Source: Tubiluchus corallicola
Lineage: Eukaryota > Animalia > Priapulida
NCBI GenBank assembly: GCA_030141605.1
Contig: JAQGDQ010000193.1
Coordinates: 186,001-250,000, forward strand
DNA: 64,000 nucleotides
Direction of reading: 5' to 3'
Shown here: positions 38,951 through 53,500 of the stretch, in pieces
Layout: each line of letters starts with the position of its first letter
Numbering within the stretch: the first letter of the stretch is position 1
The notes under the pieces: model-generated
Told to the model about the DNA's origin: nothing
Seen by the model: the letters and a program-made list of their open reading frames with translations, nothing else
The model's database searches: none
Made by a program: the position numbers and the translations under genes

Positions 38951-40549
38951 ACATAAAAGAATTACTATCACTTCTGTAAGCAATGTTGCCCACAGTGTCG
39001 TGTATGGCATTAGTGTCCAGGGACTAGAAAGTTGTAGTAATCATGATTGATTACTACTGTGTGAAAGATGTAAGATAAAGTGCATGATGATGATTACAGA
39101 AATGTGTTGGAATACTTATGTACACTTTTAAATTTAAATAATAATCATTTTATTACTAGTTTCAAAATGACATTTTTAACTAACAACTCCAGAATGCGAA
39201 TCATTGAGTTCTCGTTTATTGAATTTTTTTTCTGCCCAACTGCTTGGATATTTACCATTGTCGTAAAATCGAAAAAATTTAGAATACGGAGTAATTTTAT
39301 ATTGTAACAATAACTATATTGTCGCAACGTCACAATATTAGAACTGGCTAAAACTTATCATTACTCGAATACCTAGAGCAAGGCACCGGCATCACGGCAA
39401 AATAAACCTCTTTATAGAGTTATTCGCTTGTAACCAGAAAATGACAGTAAAATCTATTAGCTGAAAGAATGACTTTCATATAATGTCCTCCAACATTCAG
39501 CAACTAAAGACAAAGTCTAGAGAATTCATTTTGAATTCTTGATTTGGAATGTATTTTCCTAACTACGTGAAGGCTATAGAAACCAATATCAGACGAAGAC
39601 AGGTAAAACTCGTGAAAAGAGAAGATCGACAAGTTCTAGCTACAGTTTTTATATTCCTTCAAGCGCGAACTCTGTCCTGTATTTGACACATTATGCAAAC
39701 ACCATACACGCACAGGGCTATAACATTTGCTTGAGCATTTTCCACAAACTTTGCTCAGCACACAAGACTTACTACACGAAATTTAACGTTGTGAAACGGT
39801 AAACTGTTTTCGGTTCAACAATTCGGGTGAATTTTTCGATTTGACACAAAAATGTACGACTGGCGACGTTTTAATAACATCTTACGCATGCATCCATTGT
39901 TGCTCAAAATTGCACAGTTCAGTTGACCCCCCAAACAACACAGTTGAAGTTGATGAAAATAATAATTATAAACTGCTGTCAGACATCCTAGAAGAAAATT
40001 TATGTCTACATTGAACCTCACTGGGGGTTGTCTGCCTTCTGTATGCACAAATGGCTGTGTGATTTCTGCCTGACCAAATTCTGAACCAAAGTTGACGCTT
40101 TAGGATAGTCTATAGTTTCTGCTCAGTACGACAAAAATTATATATTGTCCAAAATGTAAAAAAAATAGTGACAGACTGGCGGAGATTGGTGATACACACC
40201 AAGCATCAGGCCAATATGGACATTTTGTAAGCAGTATTAGTCATGCTTAGTAAATGGATGAGAAAACTGTGTAGCGTCTGCTAGAATGACTAGGGAGATT
40301 AAAGAGGACAAATTAAGGCCCAGATAAAACACGTTGCAGGAATTAATAAACATATGCCACCAATAAACTGAGGCCAGCACTGATGCTAATGACACCAGAT
40401 CAGCATTCAGCAGTCTGTACATATGGATGGCTCGCTGTGTCATTGAGGACATTAAAGGGTAAATGAGTTATGCATTAGATTATCTTGGTTATTAAGGAGC
40501 GTGTATATGGTAAAACTAGGAAAAAATAATTACTGCCACAAATACTTAC

Positions 40550-40642
40550 TTGATATGCTCCAATTAGGAAGGCGGCGTTGGATCGTTTTCTCTGGTCCTG
40601 GCCAGTATAATGAACTATCTTCTTTCGCGCTAGTGAAAATGA
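40550..40642 (-). CDS. CDC14: CDC14 exon ([31 protein letters not shown])
   Basis: attttcag acceptor, gtaagt donor, 93 nt, phase 0-0. Contains the KKIVHYT and [12 protein letters not shown] motifs. Confidence 0.97.
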
Positions 40643-40909
40643 CTGAAAATATAAACCGAAATTCGTCAGTTTGACAGACGTCTAGCATAGAAATCAAATG
40701 CGATGAAAATACAAAGTAACTTATATTGTCAATAGGTAAACTGTATTTGTATCATCGCCATAACTGTTACCGTCATCAGCTACTATCATTGCCGCCACTT
40801 CCACAGCCGTTACTATCAGCATCATCATTACTTTTCACTGTTATCATCAGTTTATTATTATAAAGTATTTTTGACACTAATAAAAAAATATATAAATAAA
40901 AATAAATAG

Positions 40910-41000
40910 TATCATCATATTCATTTACATCATCATCATCATCATCATCACCACTACCATCAAGATTATCACCATCATCATCTTCATCTTCGTTATCATC
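40910..41000. repeat. (CAT)n-rich imperfect microsatellite
   Basis: Run of catcatcat. It explains the poly-D ORF 40776..41030. Confidence 0.85.
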
Positions 41001-43096
41001 GTTAATCAAACAAAAACACAATAAATACATAAAAGGTAGTAAAACAATAAAATAATGCAGTAACGTTAATCAATGCATTAATTCGGCTAGAAAATGCGAT
41101 AAATATCATAAAAGACAATTGAAAATCAAATATCAATGTAAGAAGCTGCAGAGACGAAAATGGCCTAATTTCTTACAAACACCGCAAGCGTACCCTGAGA
41201 TTGACAGCAAGCAACTTTCTGATTGACATACAGAGAAATACTTGAAAATCGCACTCATTCATGTGTATTAACGACTGGCGCTTTCGCCGCGGGTCTAATA
41301 AATGGTTCGATGTGGCAAACAGTCTGGCTTCAAATCAATACGTACGTAGAAGAATTAATCCAAGTCCTGGAGAGACGCCAGGTACAACTTAAACACCACA
41401 TGGGTAGATAGCTAATCAGGAAAAGAGGCAATGTCGGTTTGCACTGAAATAACTGGCATCGGAAATCAAAGGTTTTCGGTTCAATTCCTGGATTAAACTC
41501 AGATTTTGTCTCGCGATCTTGTGACTGTAATTTTTAGACAGTAAATTCATTAATCCATGAAATCGCAGTACTCGCTATGCAGACAGTTTTACTAAACAGC
41601 TCAGCAAGGTTGTTACTAATGTTATTGTTAGCTAAAATACATAAATTACAATTAACGGTACTTGTGACAATATTTTGGGTTTTTTAATGCAATGTCTATT
41701 AATGGAGCAAAAAATAATTCCGAGATGTCTGTTATGTAAGCCTATTGTTGTAGACACTAATTGCAATTGTACAGGAAAGCGTACACAGCAAATGGTGTCT
41801 ATCATTTTGCTGCTACTTGATATACTTTCTTCCCAAAAAACAGCAGCCGTTTTCATGGTGTGCGTCTGACCACTGCTATTTTATTGTAAACAAGGCAGAG
41901 AATGAAAATAAACGTTAAGGGTTTCTGTCAATCGAGGAGCGACGGCCTCACTGAAGCCATACCGCACAGAGACGAAGTCGTCGCTAGGTCAGTGGTGACT
42001 TGCACGAACTCTGTGTACGCGTGAAGCCAGAGTTGCCGCATTGTTACAATTTATAGGAAACGTTTATCTCACTGCAGTGACAACTCATAGACAGCTGGGG
42101 GGTAACACAAAGTAGAAAAATCATTAGAGCTGGAGAAGCGCACTGCATATTTGTATTACAAATTTATACAAAACTGAAATCTGTTAACCACGGAATGACA
42201 TGAATGAGAACAAAAAATACCGTTATGTTCCAATTGTAAAAAAAATTATTTTAACTTTTAATTACTAGCCAGTTTTTTTTTCCGCGGACAATATACAGTC
42301 TCTGTTAAACTTATACGTGTGCGCAATAAACTTAATCCAAGTCGATATTACATGACAGTATGCAAGTAACTGTATGTGATAAATTTAATTAGGTTCTTTG
42401 GCTTTTTTCTTAAATTTGCAAAAGAATGCGGTTTTTCGTGAAAGAGCTAAGCTCAGAAAATTATCACCAGATAACAACCGTAAATAAAGGGTTATACAAT
42501 GATGGTGTTCCAAATTCCGGCCCGGAGTCTATAATCCCATTTAAATGAGCTATTCAATCTTCGAGGAACCTAAATACCACAAGTGTATCACTGCATATAA
42601 ACTTCAAATCTTCATAGAAAACGCTGATTGATATGCTTGAGATCTAATAATACCGCACTCGAAATGACAGCAGCATAATAGCCACGCGGGGGCGGGACAA
42701 TCGGAAACAAAAGGCAATACTTCAAACGGCAGAACTTTATGAAAGTCCTCTGGCATTTTGAGCCACAGACGGCAGAATTAAACCAATAAACTTTATTCGG
42801 GTCAGCTTAGACATTGGCTATGTTTTGCAGAATAATCTGCGCTCAGTATATATATAGACGACTATTTTCTAGCGAAATTGCTGGGTTAAGCCGACGATAA
42901 TGTAGTCATTTGTGTTCAAAACTGCAGACTACTGGCGTATAATTAGCGACAAAATTGTGCATTTCTTGCCATTTACAAGTAGGGTGTGTAAGCACGGCTG
43001 AAAGCCAAGATAAAACTTTGAAAAGTTACTGCCACAAATGAAATTAACCCGTGTTTGTTTTTTTCTACTCACAGCCATAATGTCAGTTTCTGATTC

Positions 43097-43210
43097 AGGA
43101 AAAAAGTCATAATTAATTTTCGCCTAGGGTTAGGGTTGTTTATTTTTTCCTGAGTTTTTCTTCTGTGACTCACTTACTTGCTACCTTTTTGCCTGTAACT
43201 CTTTTTATCT
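43097..43210 (-). mobile_element. Foldback/MITE-like element, partial reverse copy (copy C)
   Basis: caggaaaaaagtcataattaatttt...ctagggttagggttgtttattttttcctgag is the reverse-complement equivalent of the core of copies A and B. Confidence 0.55.
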
Positions 43211-46200
43211 GGACTCGATTTATAAAAGCCGAGTGCACCCAATAATCACTGAACAAATCACACTCATTATTTCAAGACTACCACATCTCCCTGACTGTGG
43301 AGCCGCCCTTCGAAGAGCATTGCTCTCATAAAGGTATAGTATAAATAATATGGATTTACGTTCGCGTACCTGAGCATACCATCACGCCATGAATTATCAC
43401 GACCCGCGCATTAAATATTGATCAAGTATTTAATGACGTAGACGCTCCTATTAAAGATTAACGGCTGTACAAGTGACTAAGTGCGAAGCGAATTAAAAAT
43501 TCAGTACAAACATTGCTGAATACCGACCACGAATGAATGATTTAAATGTTAAGTTAAACAATCGCCTAATCGTCACGTGAACACACTTTAAAGCAGCCTT
43601 AATGACCAGTGCTCTAGTTTCGATCTAAGAGGTCGACTTGGGAACTTTCGTTTTCGAAATGCGTACTCTATTAAAAACTGCACGCACGAGGGGTTTAGTA
43701 ATATGTCTTTTACAAACAGAATATTAACTATGTATGTAGACCGTATTTGTAAGCCACCCTGCTCTTCGTGTTCTTTTTCGCAATCTCTAATCTTAATCAT
43801 TTGTATCTGAAAACGTGATGTCATTTGTAGTCAGGTTTCTACATGCACACACGTTTTTAGCTGTCTTGTATCAATTGTTATTAAATCGTATTTTATTTGC
43901 ATTGATGAGATTAAATCTTAAATAAAATAAACTCCTACGCGACAGATGCGGGGAAAATATAGCAATGGCGATAATGAAATTCATTTCGCTTCAGAAAGTA
44001 TTACCTTGTTGCTCAAATAAACTGCAGTAAGACTAATGGAATGCCGGTGGGTCTTCACCACTAGGGGACGGGGGTAGATCGTTCCGGTCGATTCGAATCC
44101 GCGCTTTTCGGAGGCCCTGGTTCAGTGTTGGATTGTTGTCATGTAGAAATTGTATGTTTCAGCCAGTGTTTTGTAAAATCCAAAATGAACGTCAAAACAG
44201 AGAAATTAACGTTTAAAGACTTGCCAGTAAATTATCTTGGGTCTTTTATACCTAGCTGAACTAAGGAGGAACAGGCAATTAGATGTGATGATACACGCAC
44301 TTATCCGTCTGGTTGCTGAATCGCAGAGGCCTTCACTATGGGCACTTATATACCTATATTATGCAATGGTTTCGTAACGAATCAAACCATCGCAATGCGT
44401 GTGTGGGGGGGGGGGTGAAAATAAACGCATTTCGCCCACGTTGCAATATTTTTTATTGATTCGCACATGGTGAAGGCAGTCACGAGGCATACACTTAAAA
44501 ACCATAACACTAGAAATACAGCTCACAGGGTCCTATATAGTATCACACGGAGGGGGAGGAGGTATATCTGCAATACGGACGACAGTGTAGACGTGTTCTT
44601 AATGTGACTGAACAAAACTCAGAAGCAATATCATGAATTCCAAAGGCCTGTCAAATAACAACGCCACGATTACAATTTTTCTGCACGTTCGGTGCATTCA
44701 AACAAACACGTTTTCACGCGCGTTGAAATCGTTTTTGACAAGAGTTTCTGACATGAACTTCACTATGGAAATCAGCAGCCTTTTGTTGCACACAGTCACT
44801 GACCTTGACCATCCACGCCGTGAGTTCCTGACGCGATTACGTCCAAAATGCTGGCAAATACCACGCCCATTATGTAAATGTTATCTGGCTGGTGGCCAGT
44901 TTAACTTTAAGTCTAGAGCAAATAAACTTATCTTGCACCCAGGGATTTCAGAGCATAGCCAAATATGAGCAAAATCCAGTTGTGCTCATAATTAACCAAC
45001 CGACCAACTAACGAGCCAATTAAAAAACCATCTAGCAGATTAAACATTCCATTTGCACATATCTATTTTGCACTAATGTTATTCTTTTTTGTGTTTAATA
45101 CACATTCACATAACATAAATACTAATAACACGTTCACAATGAGCCAAATTTTAATCTCAACATAAGGGGAAGTAGGCCACGTCATTAAGCGTTTGATCCC
45201 AGTTTGAAGTATGCATAAAAAATTTTGCATATAAATCTTCTGCAAGAGTGAAAAATAGGAAAGCAATTAAATTGCATAGCAGGCGGCAACACAGCACACG
45301 CTTTGCTAATCAAACAGCTGACTGTTATTTCTGAAAATATTAGATTGATCAGATTGATCAAAGTTTCACGTCAAACACTGGCCCTTGCTCAATCAGCAGC
45401 CAAATTAAGAAAAAATACTGAATACCAGTGGAAAATTCATTCTCCAACTAACGTAAAATTTACTGTTTGCTCTGCCAAGTTAACCACTCCAATCTTCGAA
45501 CAACATAAAAACTTTCGATGTGTAGACTTATATAAACAGAATTGATAAAAAATCGATAAAACCAGAAGAGAGCAGTTTCAATGAATGCGTACAACGGAGT
45601 ACAATACAAGACGGACCACTTTAAGAAACAAAGCCAGCACAGGAGAAAATGTAGGCCCAATTAAAGCCAGCTCTATCGAACCAAAATTGAGTAAAGCCAT
45701 CCACGGACCCACTATCTACTCTGAATACCTTCTCAGGATTTTTCCATAATTTTTGTACTGTCGGTTTGCACCAACTGAACTATGGCATTGATATTATATT
45801 TATCTGGGCATTTGAAAAACCTTCATATATTTCGTACTAAGCGACTTTGCTGTGCATATTTCACGATTACTATAAACACAAAGTACAACGGTTTAGTACT
45901 ATTACTTAAACAATACAATAGTTTTACCAGAACGCAGCATATAGGCACACTCTAAGCCTTTTGATGCGGCATTCAGGGTAAAATACGACGAGCGAAAGAC
46001 GACTTAATTAAAGGATGTTCTCAAAATCCTTGAGTAGCTTTCAACAAGTCATCCTTGCATACGGAAATATCGTCAGCCTTATTAGATAATCAAGCGTCTA
46101 ATTAAGCGAGTGGAATGTACAGAGTGGAGCGTGTTGATTAAGGCTATGTGAGACAAGTGATAACACTCAAGATACACAAAGCCTTAACCTTTAAGTTACC

Positions 46201-47689
46201 TGTATCCTTCATGTGCTATAATCTACGCAAGTAAATGGTAAATGGGAAGGGACATGGGACGTACTGCACCACCCACACCGAGTTGTAAAATCATTAGCCC
46301 AAAATTCAGTTTCTGTGTCACCAGGGTAAAATGGTACTGGTATTTGTCACGCACACGAAAATCAGATGCGACATGGTGTCGCATTGTCTTTTCTGTCGCT
46401 ACAGAGCAGCATCTGGAAGTATAGGCCTAACACAGGCAACACAGAATATTATTGTCGCCATATGGTCACGATTTTGAGACAAATGTGTTCAGAAAATACT
46501 GTCACCACGTTGGTACAATATTGGTAACAACATTGTACCAAAATTTTCGTCCAGTACTGGAAATACGTGGTTCACACATATTCATGAAATAATGGTATAA
46601 TGTTATGGTAGGTTCACATTTCCATGTATGGTATCCAATTACTATTCATATGTGCAAAAGTATTGTGACAACGCTGGTACAATATTGTCTGCCTTGTTAT
46701 GTATGATCAAACACATAGGGATTCTATATAGATATTGCTTAACTTACAAACTGAAGATGACTTAAAGACACACTTGCATATAATACTTCCTCTGTCTTCT
46801 AGAGAAATGACTTTGCACTAAATACGGTATAATATTGTCAGTATACTGGCGACAAATATGGTCAAATATACTGCCGACAAAACTCGGAGCAAAATTAGGA
46901 AAAATCAACCAAACCCGGTAAGAATATCTGTCTTTGGGTCTTCTCTGTCAGATCTGAATATTTCAATTAGCGGAGGTAAAGATCAGTACTGGGTAGTATA
47001 GTATGAAAAGCTGTTTTTGTGTAATAATGAGTTATCAGCTATAAAACTTTCAATTTCAATGCAGTTTCGAAGAGCCAGTATTTATGCCAGTGTCATTCAC
47101 CATTATTATATATGGCCAGGTTGGTGGATGGGAGATTTGACAATTGCTAGGCCAGATTTCTAAGAGATCCTTTCGACTATACCTGTATTAACATTTTTAG
47201 AGATAGTTTAATAATTATATGTGTGTGATCGTTTTAAGAAAACCTTTATAGTGTAATATGCATAACGTGCAATAAGATACCTATATCTTATACAGCATCT
47301 TTGATATTTTATCTCTACGGGACCACTGGTAGTATTTTAATATTGTGATGAATGCTTATAAACTACCAGGTATAAACTGTAAACTGTAAACCATGTTTTA
47401 ACGTTTAATAATTTGTCTATGCTTGTAACAAATGAATGAATGTCTTAACTACTATTGATTTCTTTACTGTATAAGCAAACATAAATTTTAGAAATATACA
47501 ATGTGAATTCCTGCACACGTTTGATGTTATATACGTCAATAAATTTAATTAAACCATGTAGATGACTTGAAACCTGTGTTTTGCACGGTAAAACTACTAA
47601 TGCCAGAAAATAAAAGCTGGCTTTTGTTTCCGAAATGACACGGCTCACAAACACGAGAGTGCTTAACTGTCCAAAAGACAGACAATATT

Positions 47690-47882
47690 ATATTTACTGT
47701 CGCTCATTTAACAGAGAATGTTAGCATTAACGACTATTTTGCGACTTACAGCAATACAGGTAAGGACACAGTATACAATAATGAATAACACATTTAAGTG
47801 CCCTGGCGTTGACAGCTGCTGGTATCGAACTCAAGACTACGTGGTTGCAGTTGATTCCGAAAATTAAATCACTCGGCCACCC
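47690..47882 (-). mobile_element. tRNA-derived SINE-like element
   Basis: Minus-strand Pol III box A-like TGGCCGAGTGA (47879-47869) and box B-like GAGTTCGATACC (47832-47821), with no full cloverleaf. Downstream tgtaagtcgc...tgctaa resembles L2-type SINE tails. Confidence 0.55.
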
Positions 47883-49017
47883 ACTCCAAGACGGTCATCC
47901 ACAAACCCGTCATCCTAGGCACTAACACCCAACCCCCACGTCTTCACTGTTTAGCAACAATGACTGCAAATATCTGCGCCTTCAGCAAAATGCAAATTTC
48001 GCGACTTTTCTTTTCTCCATTATCTGCATTCTTTAGTTCAGGTAAACTCAGGTAATAAGGTTGTGAAATGCCCCAGACCCAGTCGCCTAGTCATGATTTA
48101 TGCAAGTTTTTGACAAATGCCACTTTTCACGTTCCAGTTACAAAAACCGATTAGTCAGGGGCAGGAAATGTTTTACATATTTAAACCACAAGAAAACCCT
48201 TTACTTACAGAAAGCTAGAAAAATTCTTGAAATGAAATGCTGTATAAAACCGGTAGGCGCAGCCATTTTGACCGTAGGTCGTTTGAAACAAATTTAGATA
48301 ATATTGCGTTAAGTTTGTGAAAATTAATAAGTGCACCGGCAGCGCACTTCAATAACCAGGCAAAAGTACAAATAACTGTATCTTGTGAATATAATTAAGA
48401 TTATTTTTGGTACATCAGTAGTGCACTGGGAAAGTGCGTCAATGACATTTTACCGATTGGCGTGAACATTTAAATTTACTAAGAATTTTCTTTTCTAGTT
48501 ACTGTACATAAGTTTTTCAAGCAGGTAAGCGTGATCCTATATAATGAAACTTGTGTGGAATATTTTTGGGACATACTTTAAATAAAATAAGCATTCTTTT
48601 CCTTTAAACGTTTTTGGCATAGTTTCAAAATCTTGCACAACAAATTCTATAGACTTAATGGGGGGGGGGGGGTGGAGGAGACCAGAACCCTTTCGAGCAT
48701 AACTTATTCGGAGTAATTACATAATTTGTAAATGATTAATGTGACTCCCCAATGGCACTACCGCCAGTACTTCCAGTTCAATTTCAGTCGACGGCTAATT
48801 CAATGTTTGTCGTCTAGAAGGCCAAGCTTGAAATAACTGCAAATAAGGCCAGCAGACAAATGCGAAGGTAATCTTCACCGACGCTGCAATGCTGTCACGG
48901 TGCGAGATGTCAGATGAAATTGAAACCGTCGGCACCCTTTCAAATCGGCTTAAACCGGGAAAGAGTTAATCTGGCCGGAAAATGGCTACAGATTAGTCTA
49001 TAAACGGATTCACTCCT

Positions 49018-49120
49018 TGAATCTCTCTGTCTCTCTCTCTGACTTTGTCTCTGTTTCACTCTTTGAATCTCTCTGTCGCTCTCTGACTTTGTCTCTGTTT
49101 CTGTCTCTGCTCTCACTCTC
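49018..49120. repeat. CT-rich tandem duplication (about 46-bp unit, two copies)
   Basis: tgaatctctctgtc...ctctctgactttgtctctgtttc occurs twice in tandem. Confidence 0.8.
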
Positions 49121-49269
49121 ACCTGCTCTCTCGGACCGACAATTTAGAACCTATTTGATATTTTCTTCTCTACTTTTGTACAGATCCAACTACACTTTAC
49201 AAATGAATTCATTGTTGAGATGAATTATTAATTCATTTCGGGGTTTAGATGATGAAATATAAATACATA

Positions 49270-49730
49270 AAATACATACACGAATAAAATAGCACTAAAA
49301 ACTAACATAAAAAACTTATGTACAGTATAATACATGGGTATGATTACACATTTACAATTAAAATTATTCTCCATTTGCTAAAATTATTTGAGAATTCATA
49401 CTGATATCAAAATTTAAAATACATTGTATAAAGTATTGCTAGAGTGATCTAATCGATTTTTAAAAGAATAAACAGTTTTTCGTACGATGATTACGTCAAA
49501 GTACCGAAGTTGCAAGCTGACACGCATTTGACTAGTGCTGCAATCATAGGGCAATGAAAATAGCTTCCTTGCACACTAATGTATTGTTATAGGTAACTTT
49601 TACTTCTTTTTTAATACAGGCATTGTAATTTCTCCACAACGGTATACACTTGTTCAATAGGTTTTAACCAATTGTATCTTTAACGTCTTTAGTACAAAAT
49701 GAATAATTTCTAATAAGCGATTCTATTTTC
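49270..49730 (-). mobile_element. Degraded LINE ORF2 C-terminal remnant
   Basis: The minus strand reads approximately LWRNYNACIKKEVKVTYNN, resembling the LW...V[AT]YNN motif downstream of non-LTR RT domains. An AT-rich tail follows. Confidence 0.4.
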
Positions 49731-50304
49731 TAAACACATACAATGTTTTTACATACTATCATCATATATCATACAGTCTACCAACGCTTCATACAACAAA
49801 CACACGCGTCACACGCAAGAAGTGCCATTCACCTTAAAATTCAACAAAGGGCAGTTACACAAATTAAAAATTTCCGATGAAAATAAATGGCATGCTAGCA
49901 TTAAGCCGTGACTTCTACCTGCACGGCCAGGTAACCATGCATCATCATCATCATCACCATCACGCTCTCAACTCACAGGTAAAAACTGGACGACCTTCAG
50001 GTGTAGTCTACCTGAAAATTGCGGGCAAACAGAACATTAACAGGTAGAGTGAGGATAATGTTTAATGCAATCAGTTACTGGGCATGAAAAGCAAATAGGT
50101 GGGATCGGCAGCAAAAACATTTAGCTTTAGTTTGAAAAAGCAACATTTATAAGTACAAACAGGATTATAGGTATTGACTTAAAAAGGTAAATTCCTTTTT
50201 ATGGGCAAAATTCTAAAGTTTTGACAATTCCAAGACAGCTAAGAATAAAACTAACAAAAATTGTCTGCAATCCGATATACGTAATGTTACAACCTACTTA
50301 CAAC

Positions 50305-50510
50305 CAGGGTCGTTTTAATGGAATGGCACACTGGGCAGTTGCACGGGCCGCGGGCAACTGGAATTTGTTGGAATTATAATACAATAAATATACATGTATG
50401 TTTAATTTTACGGACCATTTATATTTATAGTCCTGTGAGTGGTTGTGTATATAGGGGCCCCAGTGCTCTGCTTTGGCCGGGGGCCCTATAATGCTGTTAA
50501 GACGGCCCTG
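50305..50510. mobile_element. 206-bp hAT-type MITE
   Basis: 14-bp TIRs cagggtcgttttaa / ttaagacggccctg (12/14 match). Flanked by an 8-bp TSD: cttacaac (50297-50304) and cttagaac (50511-50518). Confidence 0.85.
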
Positions 50511-53500
50511 CTTAGAACTATGACGCGCAAAATGGTAAATGAATCTGAATTCCTCTGATCGCAATCTATAAAAGCAGCAACATCAGCGGCAAAGACTGCA
50601 AGATTTAGCAAGAACTTACAGCAACAGCGAGAACGTCTCACAAGTTCGAGCGTAAATTCGGAATTTGGTCGAAAAAGCGAACATATTGCATCTAGCATGT
50701 TTTTCAGTGAAAATCTCAAAATGAACATTAAAAAGTTGTATAATAATGTACGACATTACACTGAAGCAAAAGTCTGCCTCCTGAAACATGAACAAACCAT
50801 CCACACAAACAAATGAGTAACATTTAGACATCTCGTCGTTAAAGTGTAATTTATATCATCATGTATATTTTCATAGGCAAGTCTGTATTTCTGTAACAGA
50901 TAAAAAAGTGAATAAACACGTCATTAGCGGCGTGAGATAATCAATTATCTCGAAGGCTAAAAATAGCGACTAGCGGAAAAAAGGAATCAGAAAAGAGAAA
51001 AAGGAAAGCACAAGAAAAAGAACGAGGTGTGGGGGAAACGAGACAGTGCATCACAAACAATGACGAAAGAAAGAAAGACGAAGAGAATGGCAGAGACAGC
51101 TGGATGTAAAAAAGACAGAGAGACAGAAAAAGGGTGAAAGAGAGGTGTGAATAGAGAAAGTAGGGGATAGGGGAGAGGAAGAGAGAGGGGGTAACAAAGT
51201 ATCGGAAACTCAAAATCATCTTTCAGAACGTTAGCCATAGATGACAACGAAAATACATGTACATAAATATTAACATTTCGTTTTACTTGTACTTGGCTGT
51301 AGGTTAAACTAGTTACAAGACTGCAAGTGAAAGTGAACCATGCAGAAAACGGTCACACAAATGAGAATAATCAGATGCTGTTAGTACGATTAAAAGTATA
51401 CCAGTACCTCAGCAGCCACACTTAAAGAATGCTGTGATGAGTTCATTCATTCATACAATGCTTCTGTGTATTGTCACAAACAATGTGTGCCTGATTTGAT
51501 GTTATTCTGAAACTTGCCATTTCCACTTCCCTAGCGCACCTCATACTGTACTCCAACAACTTCGTCGATCTTATTATCATCCCACGGATTGGCGGGCAAA
51601 ATTGAATCACGACCAAATGGTCAATCAGCCAAATTACATCTCAAGTAGAACCCTTGTTATTAATCCGCGAAAGTCAATCAGCCAGCGACGACAAAACGGC
51701 AACGGTTTTGCAGCTTAAACGCAGTAGTATACTTGGCTGCAAAGTGCAGTTGCAGGGGCGAAAATTCGTATTACATCGCAACTGCAAAAAAGAGGTACTA
51801 AGCCCAAAGGCACCCAATATCAAACGTTTTAGCTGTCCATAGGTCTTGGGCGTTGACAGACATTTTCCTTACATTGCACGCGATGTGTAATAAACGTTTA
51901 CAACTTTTAAAAGAAGTTTAGGAAAAGGCTTCTAAGATCCCAGTTGTCAGCAATTATTCTCGTTGGCCTATTATGCATACATGAGCATCAAATCCGGGTG
52001 CATCTGTCATACAACACTTATTGAAGCCAGACAGACAGGAAACTACACTAGGAACTCTCCCGTTTCGGAGAGTTTTCTGTACTTACAGATGCACGAGGAT
52101 GTGTACAACTTTAGTTAAATGGAAGCACATTTTCGCAAATTTAATTTACTATTGTTGACAAATATTAGAAGTGAATGAGTCAAGCTTAGAGGAAGAAACC
52201 AGATAAACAAGAAACCACATGGTGGAAGCGGAAGTGCGAAAACAGCAACTTCCTTGAGTAGCGGTTTCAATGAAAGAAATGAAATGCCTACAGAATTCTT
52301 TTTCCGAAAAATGAAAATTCAGCTATGTGGTTTATGCACTTCTAGGAAGCATAAAAACCGGGTATAGAAAAATTCGCCGATGAACAATGCGCTTACACAT
52401 TACTTGTACGAATATGCGATGCACCTATGTGTACTTAACTCCTTAGGTCCACTTAGCTCCTCTGTATGTATGGTTGTGTATGTGTAGTAATTTATCTCTT
52501 TTAGTGCATTGGACGGCAATTTTAATGCTGAAATGCAAAATGAATTGAATTGAATTGTACATTGCAAACGAAATTGAAACCGTAAATGCTTTCAGTTTAC
52601 TCTTACCCAAACAATGAAAAAAAAACGTGACTCAGTGACTAGAGTGGATTTTAAACCAGGATTAATTTCCATAAAATTTAATGCCTGTACGGAATTGAAA
52701 CTTTTACACATTAGTGATGCCACCAGTTTTCAGCCTCAACTGGGTCAGATGAAGTAAAAAATAACATTTTTTTGTTTTCACTCCTTTGAAATTAGGACAA
52801 TGTAGTCAGTGTAACAACTAACAATCAAGTTTGTGATTTTGAACTGTACCTATAGATTTGCTGGCTCAGTAGAATGAGAAAAATATTATAATTTGTAGAT
52901 GTTACGTACTGATAATTCAACTTTGCTAATCAAGTACTTTTATCATGCTTGCAGTTGCCTTGACCATAAAATGCAACGTACCACAAAAATTGTCACGGAG
53001 AATAGAAATTTTGAAAAACGGATAGCATAGTGCGCATTACACTACATAACATATGCTTAGCACAGTAATTGATAGGGAAGGCTTGCTTTGAACGTACAAC
53101 TAATGAGTTCACCCTTTTTTAACGTTAAAGGTCCATAATGTAATGACGTTGTGCCATATAGTGTTACCTAGTCACATGGGCACGATTATGATGCAAAATC
53201 AATCGCTGTGCATAGAAGATACACGCCAGCAGCGAATTCCGATAGTTGGTCGTTGCCAAGCCGGTTGATGACGTAAATTATGGTGCTTTAAACCCTATAA
53301 CTACCAAGGACGATAACTTTGCAAAATAAGAAAATTATTTTCGTATATGTGTTTAGTATATTAATTTGATTCACTCGGTTAACTTATATTCTAGGAGAAT
53401 TAAGCTCACGAAAGGAGTTTATCTGCGAATTAAATACGTTGGGGGCCCCAATATAACTACTTGAGGGATGCCAATAGCAGGGTTACAAATTAAGTAAAAA

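Noticed and set aside
41400-41492. Possible tRNA gene (tagctaatcagg ... ggttcaattcc)
   Set aside because: Box A/B-like words are present but there is no convincing cloverleaf. At most a decayed SINE head.
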